A DNA stretch of 63,734 nt, filler included, from Folioceros fuciformis (Eukaryota), in assembly GCA_049999805.1 (NCBI GenBank). It is 5 parts of 5 records of this genome, joined end to end, with 100 filler letters (N's around TTAATTAATTAA, not from the genome) between each part and the next. Parts side by side here need not be neighbours in the genome. Positions count along the whole stretch, not along the records: positions 21,616 to 42,248 come from JBNGIO010006220.1; positions 42,349 to 45,397 come from JBNGIO010006222.1; positions 45,498 to 60,391 come from JBNGIO010006223.1; 2 more parts are not named here. One strand, 5' to 3'. Within the stretch, counting starts at the first letter, position 1, and the number at the start of each line of letters is the position of its first letter. A model generated the notes under the pieces. It was given only the letters and a program-made list of their open reading frames with translations, ran no database searches and was not told the DNA's origin. Made by a program: the position numbers and the translations under genes. Below, piece by piece: positions 36,905 through 47,503 of the stretch.

Positions 36905-39900
36905 CTAATTATGAGTGGAAAGGCTCCTCCCACTTATGATACAAAGGAAAACCCTGCTAGCGTATGTACATAAGTTGAGTACCAAAAAGAGAGAGGGGGA
37001 GAACTGGCCTAGAGCCCAAAACTCAAGACAAGGCGCTCTGCGAGCGCTCCCCAATCCGATGGTACCCGCATACTGCCAAAGCCTCTCACAGACCCTAAAT
37101 ACATCCACCTCCAAGCCTCTCACAGACCCTAAATACTCACCTTCCCCAGGGGCACGAGTGATTCCAGCGATCTTTCCTAGACGATAGGAGACCTGCCGTT
37201 CTCCAGTCTTTCCTCTTGAACTAATTCCATCAGGATTGCTCCGACGGATTGCTCCAGGGCTTCTGCTGCTATCAATAAATGCTCCCATATGCACCATAGC
37301 AAAGCTTTCGGCGAGGCCGACTTCTGTCCACCATAAACCACCGTGGACCAGTTGGCCCAGAGGTGAAAAAGACACGAAGACCACAGTAAGCCCCACCATT
37401 GGGTTTTCAGGAGAGGCTTGCCCGAGGCTGCATCCAACCCGAATAGGGCTGATTGACTCGTGATCCTGAGGTTAGCACTAGGAAAGATCAATTGAAGCCA
37501 CCTGCCCACTTCCCTCCAGATCTCTTGAGCATTATTGCAATGAAAGAATATGTGGTGACTCTTGTTTGGAGCCCCCTTGGTGCACAGTCGACACACATCC
37601 TCACCCACTGCAGCTAACAGCCCATCCTAGTGATCCGCATTAGGCAAACACACTTGAAAGAAACACCAAATCGTAAACCTGACCTTGGGTGGGACTCCTG
37701 CGGACTTCCATAGGAGCTTGATGGCTTCCCTTAGTCATCGTCTAGCTAGTTGCAGTCGGGCGCCATTGGTTGTCTTTGCTTGACTTGCTACGCTCGCACC
37801 AACCGGAGGAACAGATCCGCCATTGGGAAGTTGAAGAAAGATTGAGAAGAATCCTTTTTGCACCCCGGACGCTTGGGCCACCTATAAAGATCTGGTCTGA
37901 AGGTCAGAGCCCAGTTCTCACCTAATCGGAACCAACATTGAACCTTTGTTTTATCGGAGGTACGTGACCCAATTGGGCGTTCGCCTGCCATGCACCATCG
38001 CCCTCCCCAAGCGAATTTATAGAGGACAGTGATAGCCCGCAGCTCTCCCCCTCGGCTTTCCCCATCGTCCCTACCCTGCACTTCCAGAGAACCGTGAGGA
38101 GCCACAACCTGGAACGACTCCAGTATCTCTTTGCCATCAGCTCTCGCAAACTAGATCGCCCTGTCCAGATCCACTGCTTCGTCATGCTCATCCTCCTCCT
38201 CTGACTCGCTTCCTTTACTATCCATGGAGTAAGCGTACCACCCTTCCTCTCCCATGATAGGTTTCTGCCTTAAGAGCTGTTGCACCTTTTCCACTAATCC
38301 CTCGTGCAAGCATGAAAAAATAAACTTGACGTGCCGGGCCCCAATGCCAAACTCCCCTTTGACCTCCGCTACTTCCTTCCAGCGGGACTCAACTCTGTTC
38401 CATAAATGTCCAAGCCGGATAACGCCTTTCCGACAAGCCAGCCCGAAGATTTGTGACCGATTTACCCTATACCTGAAGTCTTGTACCCATAATCTCGAGA
38501 AACCCTGCAAAGGAATACCAAGAACATCATCCACATGGGAGAAGTTGCCCGGAAGAACATAATGTTTGACCTCCAGATAACTACTCCAAATAGACTTAAA
38601 AAGCGGGGAGCAATCTGTAGTATCCAATAGCGGTTTGTTAGCCAGAATGTTGTCTATATGCCTCCTTCCCTTGGGGACAGCTTGAGTGCAATCCAAGTGC
38701 TATGTTAGAAGGCTCTTCCAAGGATAGTTTGTTGGATCAGCTGCTCTAACAAGCCACTGCGCATGCAAAACTTTCATCTTGGCAACCGGGTCCACCACCC
38801 CAAGACCCCAATCCACGCGGCTGAATAATATGCTGCCAAGACACCTTAGAACACCCTGCCATACTATCTCTCGAATGCTTCCACAGGAAAGAAATCAGCA
38901 CCTGTTGTAAGCGCCTCACCTCTGACTTAGAAGGGGCCCACAAAAACAAATAGTACCAAAGAGTTGCAATTAGGATATGGTTGATCACCACCAACCTACC
39001 TGCCAAATTGAGCTCCAACAATTGTAAACCAGCCGCTTTTCGAATGAACCTGAGACAGACGTACTGCCCTATCTCCCCATTCTCATCCCCTTCTTGGAAA
39101 GGGAGCCCCAAATATTTGTGAGTAGACCCGAGGGTCACTCGCCTGATGTGATTAATACACTGAGGGGGCTCTCCCTCCATGTGAAGACACATCATGCGCG
39201 TCTTGTTCCAATTCACCTTGTAGCACGAAAGCTCACCAAAGACCTTAACCTGTTGGAGCAGCGCTTTTAATGAGGCCTCCTTTGTCGAGGAAAAAAGAAG
39301 AGTATCATCTACGAATGCAGATACCCTTATCTGTGTCCCATTTGAGTTCCGAATACCCACCACTGCCGGGTCTTGCTTGACAGCTCTAAGAAAGAAGTCA
39401 GTGACGATAATAAATAAAAATGGAGCAAGGGGGCATCCCAAACGTACCGACCGGGAGATTTCGAAACGCTCCGTAAGAGAACCATTGACAGCTACCTTGG
39501 CACCTGCGTCTTCACACAAAATGGCTATCCATCTGCAGAAGTTATTTCCAAAGCCGAAACTACGTAGGCATCGCCATAGGAAGTGCCACTCAATTGAATC
39601 ATAGGCCTTGTAGAAGTCAAGGGAAATGAAAACAACAGCTTTCTTCTGTACCTGTGCATTGTATTTAGCCTCCCTCAGAAGAAGTAGGTTGTCCAGGATG
39701 CACCTATTTTGAATGAACTTTCTCTGTTCTTTCTCAATCCAATCATCAAGAAATGGAGTAATTCGGTTAGCCAGTACCTTAGAAATCACCTTGTACGTGG
39801 TAGTGAGCAAGGTAATCGGGCACCAGTTGGATATTGGTAAACTGGCGTCTTGCTTAGGCAGTAGGGAGATAACCCCCAAATTGAACCAACCCCCCATGCT

Positions 39901-42248
39901 ACCCTCCTCCTAGCACGTGTTAACCGCCTCCATGAATAGCGGTTGCATAAATTCCCACCCCCGAGCAGGAATTCGGGGGGAATACCATCATGCCCTGGGG
40001 ATGTATCCCTCGGCATCCCCTCCAAGGCCCGGCACACCTCATTGGCAGTTATCGACTGATCCAGAGCCTTGCGTTGGTCTTCGGACACTTTGGCCGAAAA
40101 CACACCATATGTCGAAGACCAAAGCCGTTCCCACCCTGCCATCTTCCCAAGACTAGAGAAAATGCCAACAAAGAAGAGGGTAATAAGGGCTTTTAGACCT
40201 TCAAGCGACTCTTGCACCACGCCATGCGCGTCTAGGAGGGCCCGGATTCGCGTCCTATGCCGGTTAGCAGCCACCTTGTTGAAGAAGAATTTAGAGGGGC
40301 CATCCCCCTCCCTTACCCACTTCACTTTGGCCCGCTTAAACCATCCTCTGGCCTTGTCTTCTTCTAGCTTAGCCAAGGCGCACTGCACCTCCGTTCTCCG
40401 AACCTCTTCCGCACTTTTGAGGTCCCGGCCCATGCAGCTCCTTTATAACCAGCCTAGGTCCTCCCTCAGAAAACATTCTTGTTGACGTTGCTCTCTTGCT
40501 CATTGAACCCCTCGCCTCCGCAGGTACCTAGTAGCTTCCTTGTTAGCACGCATCAATATGATCACCGCATTCTCTTCTTCCTGTGCCACTCCCTGCCAGA
40601 TGTTTTTGATATCTTCAAAGACACCTTTCTCCTTTAGTAAGAAGGTGTTCATCCGAAAATGTTGCATGAGTCTCCTTGGGCGCTCTAACCCAGGAGCGAG
40701 CCTCAAATGCAAACTAATAGGGTGGTGGTCAGAAAGTATCGTACCAGCGAGGATACTGTACGACTCAACGAAAGCCAACCAACCTGCTAGTAAATAAAAC
40801 CTGTCCAACCTGCGCGCTCCCAGGATTCTGGTGTTGTTGGTTGGACCAGCTGAACATCAAGGACTGTGGTTAGTGATGCGCCAGAAGGGCCACCCAAGGA
40901 TCCTACACTGCTAAGATTGTATCTCTCAGCTCCTGCCAAGACATAGGCACCGCCCGAACATCAACTGGACTATCGCCACAAATGTCCTCACGGCGTTCAA
41001 AAAAGTTGAAGTCACCAACCAACAGCCACGGAATCTGCTCATCAAGCTGCTCACCAAGCCTGCACCAGAGAGTATTCTTGTCGACAGCAGCATTAGGCGC
41101 GTAAATATTGCAAATTCCAACCGGACCTTGAGAAGTTTGTACTACCAGCCACACAAACCTCCCATCCTCATCTTGCCCCGATTCCAGGATGTTATGAGTT
41201 TGCTCAGGGTGAATTGTAATGGACACTCCGCCGCAGGTCGCTGAAACTCGTTGAGAGGGGATTTGACCCCCGCTTGTCTCTCCTGCTCTAGCAGTTGCCC
41301 AAACCGTTCTCCCATGAAGAAATATTTTCTTCACTTTCTGAATATGCTCCAGTGATAATTTATGCTCTTGCAAGCAAACCACATCCCACGTGACTTCCTC
41401 TTCGAGCAAATTCTTTAGTGTTCTACACTTCGACGCCGTCTTTGACNNNNNNNNNNNNNNNNNNNNNNNNNNNNNNNNNNNNNNNNNNNNNNNNNNNNNN
41501 NNNNNNNNNNNNNNNNNNNNNNNNNNNNNNNNNNNNNNNNNNNNNNAAGGGCCACCTAAGGATCCTGCATCGCTAAGACCGTATCTCTCAGCTCCTGCCA
41601 AGACATAGGCACTGCCCAAACATCAACTGGGCTATCCCCACGAATGTCCTCACGGTGTTCAACAAAGTTGAAGTCGCCAGCCAGCAGCCACGGAATCTGC
41701 ACATCAAGCTGCTCACCACGCTTGCACCAGAGGGTATTCCTATCAACAGCAGCATTAGGCGCGTAAATATTGCAAATTCCAACTGGACCTTGAGGAGTTT
41801 GCAGCACCAGCCACACAAACCTCCCATCCTCATCTTGCCCCGATTCCAGAATGTTATGGGTTTGCTCAGGATGAACTGTAATGGACACTCCTCTGCGGGT
41901 CGCTGAAACTTGTTGAGAGAAGATTTGACCCCCGCTTGTCTCTCTTGCTCTAGCAGCTGCCCAAACTGTTCTCCCATGAAGAAAGATTTTCTTCACTTTC
42001 TGGATATGCTCCAGCGACAGTTTATGCTCTTGCAAGCACACCACATCCCATGTGACTTCCTCTTTTAGCAGATTCTTTAGTCTTCTACACTTCGACGCCG
42101 TCTTTGACCAACTCCCCAACCCACTAACATTCCAGGAAATGATCCGCAAATGAGACCCCCTCTCGTAATTTTTCAAAGTGTCAATACCCATTTAACGGGA
42201 TTTGCTTGAAAGATTCCGGACAGCAGACGGCTTGGGCATCCTAGCCCC
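36905..42248 (-). mobile_element. L1-clade LINE ORF2 (AP endonuclease, RT, zf-RVT), degenerate
   Basis: SWNVSGLG, LQEHK, NIYAPN, GDFN, DRFY, SDHHPI; PGHDGIPPEF, PITLL, LDFYKAYD, LGCPLAPFLF, AFVDD, YLGLP; CRLC..HIFFHC. The 3' boundary is approximate. Confidence 0.92.
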
Positions 42249-42348
42249 NNNNNNNNNNNNNNNNNNNNNNNNNNNNNNNNNNNNNNNNNNNNTTAATTAA
42301 TTAANNNNNNNNNNNNNNNNNNNNNNNNNNNNNNNNNNNNNNNNNNNN
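42249..42348. other. Artificial contig linker N44-TTAATTAATTAA-N44
   Basis: Same layout as 21516-21615. Confidence 0.95.
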
Positions 42349-42415
42349 TGAAGCATTCACTAGATTTATTTTTCAATGAACTAAAAATCTACTTATTACA
42401 TAACCAAACCCTTAC

Positions 42416-43908
42416 CGAGATAGTTGTTCATAAACTTTGTAACCTTTGAATTCTTTTGAGTTAGAGAAATGTTCCACCTATCTAAAATTGTTATTGCAGC
42501 TTGATCAACATGATAAAGGATTGAACTCAAGCCACCATACTTCTCAATTACATTGCAATTTCCACCCCAAGACAACACTCTTGCTAGATCATTTCTTGTT
42601 CCCGTAGGTAGAATGGTGATTGGTGGAGGTGATACATAATTACATTTTTCAATTTCATCCAACACCCACCCTACAGTACCATCACCTCCGCATACTAAGA
42701 TTAGAATCTATATTGATCAACACCTGTAAAGAACTTCAAACCTAGTTGAGGCCCATTTGAAGAGCTGAGATCAAATACCTGCATAAATCTGTTGCATAAG
42801 ACCAAATTTGGTCATCAAATTTTATCATTTGATCCTAAGTAATGAGATTTTGTGGAAACCACTTACTTGTAATGGATTTAGTAACATATTGAATCTTCTT
42901 CTAAGAGACACGCCATGTTGTGCTCCACTTTTACTATTTATAAAAACCAATAAAGGTCTTGATTCATTGCTCAAGCCTACTAGATAATATCGTTTTGATC
43001 CTATGTGGTCCATTGTCTCATATTCTTCACATGTGGTTGAGAAGATGTTGACATTCGATTTCCTTGTAAACTCCCTTTGTTGTCCAGCACTCCAACATCC
43101 ACTAGTTGCACAAACTTTGCTAGGTCCAATAGACCTAGTATGCATCTCCCCAAAGGCATTTTGTGAATTATGCTTGGGTCTAAACTTAATATCCAATATA
43201 CTAGTTTTTTTAAGATGATTATTTTTTACAGCATTAAGTCTTAGCCTTGTCATCAAATTGCTTGCACTGTGTCTTAGAGACCTAAAAATACACTTTGAAA
43301 AAGTATTGCTAATCTCTCTCACACAAGATGGAGAAATTATCAACTTTCTATGAACTCCTAAGTCACAAAGCTCATATGAATTTTTCTTAATGTATGGGTG
43401 ACAATAAACATGAACAAAGCGTTGACACCATACACATCTCCATGCTGGAATAGATGACTAAAAAGGACCATTGCAAGGTTTCTCACATAATATGCAGGTA
43501 TTAGCATCTTGTACAACATCCTCCATATGTATCCATCCCTCAGCCCATTGATGAAGAACGTATGGTGTTGAAATTGAGACAACTTTGCAATCGTGTGATG
43601 CATGCTTACAACAAAAAGAATGTGCTGTCACCCCACATGTTATGCATCTATGTAGACTAAATACATTCCTTTGTATTGACGAGTTTAATATCTCCAAGCA
43701 AACGCAGCATACACATGGGAACTCTTGACTACCTGTTTCTTGATACCATAAATGTGAATGGGTCCTTATTGGTTCCTCTTTTTTTGCAAGATTTCAAGGT
43801 ACACATAACAATTGCAGTATACCAAGCATTAAAAAGGGTTCTTTTCCATCGAATTGCTATATTGACAAGAATAGTACAAAAAACAAGACCAATAAACCAG
43901 CTCATCAT
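42416..43908 (-). pseudogene. DGK: Diacylglycerol kinase (C1-domain, DGK1/2-like) pseudogene, 3' part cut by the linker
   Basis: N-terminal TM segment, two C1 domains ([53 protein letters not shown]), [41 protein letters not shown]. Frameshift near 43780, in-frame TAG near 43458, and a 5-nt insertion near 42703. Confidence 0.88.
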
Positions 43909-45039
43909 GATGCCATATTATTTAGTCATGTGTTCATTTCAAATTTACAAAAAATCTTTCTTAATATGAGAAATTATCCGTAATCTCAATACAAATAATA
44001 ATGCCCTAGATTAAAGAGTGTGTGGCTTGTGAGTACATACATATCAAAGTGTTGTAGCTTTCATTTATACACGTAAAGAGCTATTTTAAAATCGCTTTTA
44101 CATACTATGTTGAAGAGACAAGTCTACATCATCATTTATGTGGGTTGCTACATTGTGACATACAACATTCACTTGCAGCAAAGTGCGCTGCAAAAAGAAA
44201 AGAAAAGAAAATGTGCAACATCATCTTGAAAACTAGGAACTCTCATGGATCACGCTTATTTGCTGAAGGACTAAACATGACTCATCACCCTTAACTAAAA
44301 CTTGTGTTGCAACTTTGATGAACATCCACTTTATTGAAATAGCATAAGCACCTAGTTTGAATAAATCTAATAAGATTAACATGCTCAAGAATGAACCGTC
44401 TCTTTTCCATGTTACAAGTTATAACAAACTTGGAAGCCTTTGCACAATCATTTTGATCAACTCTCATTAAGAGATGTATGAACTATTGTCTTTTGTTTAA
44501 TGTATATGGAGTTTGTAACTCTAACATACATCAATACACATAATTGGGGTTTTGATGGCCATAAATCTTAAGGGCAAGAAAGTATTTATCATTAAAATAT
44601 AGATTTATATAAAGACTAAAAAAAACAAGAACAATACATGAATGTTTGGTGCCAAAAAAGATTTTGAGGCCCACATTTATTCATAGAGTAAGGGAAGCTA
44701 TACATTAAAAACTAAATTTTAAAATTCAGGTTTGATCTTATTAAATAAAACCTCTGTAATGAGGTAGCTGCCCCTCAAAATAACCTTGTGCATGATAAAG
44801 GATAATGAAGAATTTATTTCAAAAGAAATGAGAAGAACCTATCTACCTGTGGCATGGAAGCATAATTGTTAAGAGGGCATCAAATGACAAGGGACTAACC
44901 ACATTGTTGCCAATCCTCTGACTACCAAAGAAGTTTATTTATCAAGAGTCTAACTACCTACCACACTAAGGATATTAAAATTGGGAACAGAGAAGGGCCT
45001 ACTTATTACTAGAGTTAAAGATGTCACGTTGATGTTGTT

Positions 45040-45397
45040 CAAAACACTACATTGGCCAACAATAAGTTCAAAATACTACATTGGTCAACAATAAACTACA
45101 TTTGCCAACACCAACTGTAGGGCTATGGACACATTGTCTAATAAACTACATTGCCCACAATAAACTACATTTGTCAACACCAACTATAGGGCTATGGACA
45201 CATTGGCCAACAATAAATTACATTTGCCAATGCCAAATGTAGGGCTATGGACACGTTGTCCAATAAACTATATTGGCCAACAATAACTATATTAGCCAAC
45301 ACCAACTATAGGGCTATGGACACATTGGCCAACAATAAACTACATTTGCGAATGCCAAATGTAGGGCTATGGACACGTTGTCCAATAAACTATATTG
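45040..45397. repeat. Complex tandem repeat (units of about 53-65 bp built from about 22-bp subunits)
   Basis: Recurring gggctatggacacattggccaacaataaactacatttgccaacaccaactata variants up to the linker. Confidence 0.85.
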
Positions 45398-45497
45398 NNN
45401 NNNNNNNNNNNNNNNNNNNNNNNNNNNNNNNNNNNNNNNNNTTAATTAATTAANNNNNNNNNNNNNNNNNNNNNNNNNNNNNNNNNNNNNNNNNNNN
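45398..45497. other. Artificial contig linker N44-TTAATTAATTAA-N44
   Basis: Same layout as 21516-21615. Confidence 0.95.
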
Positions 45498-45726
45498 GCA
45501 ACGGGCTCTTTTATGACTGTTACGCTCAGCTGTGACCACCGCGTTGTTGATGGTGCGATGCTTTGCTTGATTTTCAATAGAACCTATTATTCTGTTGAAT
45601 ATGGGGCGTGTTTCAGTGTTTTTCTTGCAATGGAGGCTGATGCGAATTGTTCTTCTACTTTTCTCTTTAGGTGCTGTCGGAGCTCAATGGCTGGGAGCAT
45701 TCAAGGGGTTCATTGAGGATCCAGAC
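45498..45726 (+). pseudogene. 3' fragment of mitochondrial pyruvate dehydrogenase E2 (dihydrolipoyllysine acetyltransferase)
   Basis: SFMTVTLSCDHRVVD, an intron at about 45553-45671, then GAVGAQWLGAFKGFIEDP (catalytic DHRxxDG). The usual terminal xxLL-stop is missing. It could instead be the tail of a gene lost in the gap. Confidence 0.7.
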
Positions 45727-46220
45727 ACTTTTTTCGTTTTTTCGAAATGGTGGCCCATTTTCTTTTTCCGCGGTAGACTCCAACCTTTTCTATCCGATAG
45801 ACTGCTAGTGTATTCAGAATTTAAGAAACCCTCCATCCAGATGGATGGAAATAACCCTGCATTCCTGTCCCCTCCCATCTTTCCTGCCGGGAGCATACCA
45901 CCATTCTCACCCCGAGCACTTCCGGCTCCTAGTCTCCCAAGTCACCCAAGAAAAGGCCACGATCCATTACGTCGGGGTTGCCATAGAAGAAAGCTAGCGA
46001 ACCATCTCAGGAGATTGTGCCTCAGGTATTCATGACAGCCAGTCACTACCATGCTCTCTTTTGTCACTTTACTGTCTGAAATCACTCTTGTTGCTGTGGC
46101 TGCATTTTAGCTAGCAACTGCACAAAAGCCGTTTTATCCAGTATGTTGAGGTGGTAGGCATAATTTTGATAGAATTTTAAAAATGTATCCTCGAAAGAAA
46201 TGGGTTGACTGTTTTCTCCA

Positions 46221-47360
46221 GTTCTATTTTCCAAACGGTACTCCAGCATCTAGGGAGATTACGGATAATGCATGGTCAGAATCAATCAAATATTTGCAAA
46301 CTATCCTGATGGCATGCCAAGGTCAGGTATTTCTGTGTTAGTGGTGGAAAGGGATATGTTTGTTTGGCCCTACTCGGATGCGTAGGTTGCACGAGTCTTA
46401 GTACCTCTAGCATCCTCACTACTTTAAATGCAGGCTTTGTTATTGTTACTCGGGAGATCTGCAATCTCCCATCTTTCTTCTTCAGCTGTCTTTTCAGGAA
46501 GATTGATGTAAATAACACTGGGCTTATCAAGCAATGAGTCGTTCCAACCTCTTTCACTCGCTTATGATGTCTGTCGGAATCAATGTCACTCAGATGTTTT
46601 TCTCGTATGTCAGAACCAATATCTTAGAGCTTTCTACTGACCGCCTAAGCAATGTTTGGGTGTTTGCGTATCTTCTGGAGCAAAACATGTTAACGGCAGA
46701 TGCCCCCACAGAGATCTTCAACGTATTACTGGTGAAGTATGCCTACGCTTTGCTTTCCAGGTAGGCTGTGTGGGACGGAAAATGAGTTGTTCTGTTGGAT
46801 GACATTTTACTGTACCGATTGCCTGCATCGTCAAGCTATCATCGTTTGTTGAGTATTTTTGTATCCTTGCAGGTTCAGGTGTATTGACTTTGTTAAACCG
46901 AATGAACTGCAATATTTCTATGAGGGGCAGCTACTTCGAATGGAGAGTATGGCACAGGAACCTGTTCTGTTTGAGGATATGGTACGTCAGATGACGGACT
47001 TGATTGGGCCTAAAGTATTGGACGACAGCTGTCTCATTAATAATCTTTTGCAGCATGTTTTTGTGATGCTCCCCGCTTGATCTCTTTTTTTTCTTTCCGT
47101 ACAGAAAGAGCCATTTTGAAACCATTTTAACATTCTTTCCAACCTTAATAACTTTGTTGCCTTCGAGACGACGGATCCTTTTCTTATTCGACAGGCCGGG
47201 GTATGTGAATTTGGGCCTTATTGTTGCAAAGCATGCTGTGAAGCCCTTTTTTTTTTCATGTTTTCTTTTTGGGGTTGTATGAACGAGAAGATACGTCTTC
47301 GACAGAGGACCGATTTGCTCATGGACAGTGTCTAGGGTTGTCCATGGAGAAAGATGGGGG
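46221..47360 (+). pseudogene. PP2A regulatory subunit B'' (EF-hand) pseudogene fragments with introns
   Basis: [100 protein letters not shown]. Large internal parts are absent. Confidence 0.8.
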
Positions 47361-47503
47361 AGTCCTGCACACTTCGAAGATGTTGGAATAAGGGGGTACT
47401 AGTGGCAGCTTACCAACATGACGACTGTGGGATCAGGCACTGAGCCGGATTGCCAAGACACCACATGAGTGTGTTATCGCTTCCCTGTCATTTACAACGC
47501 ACA

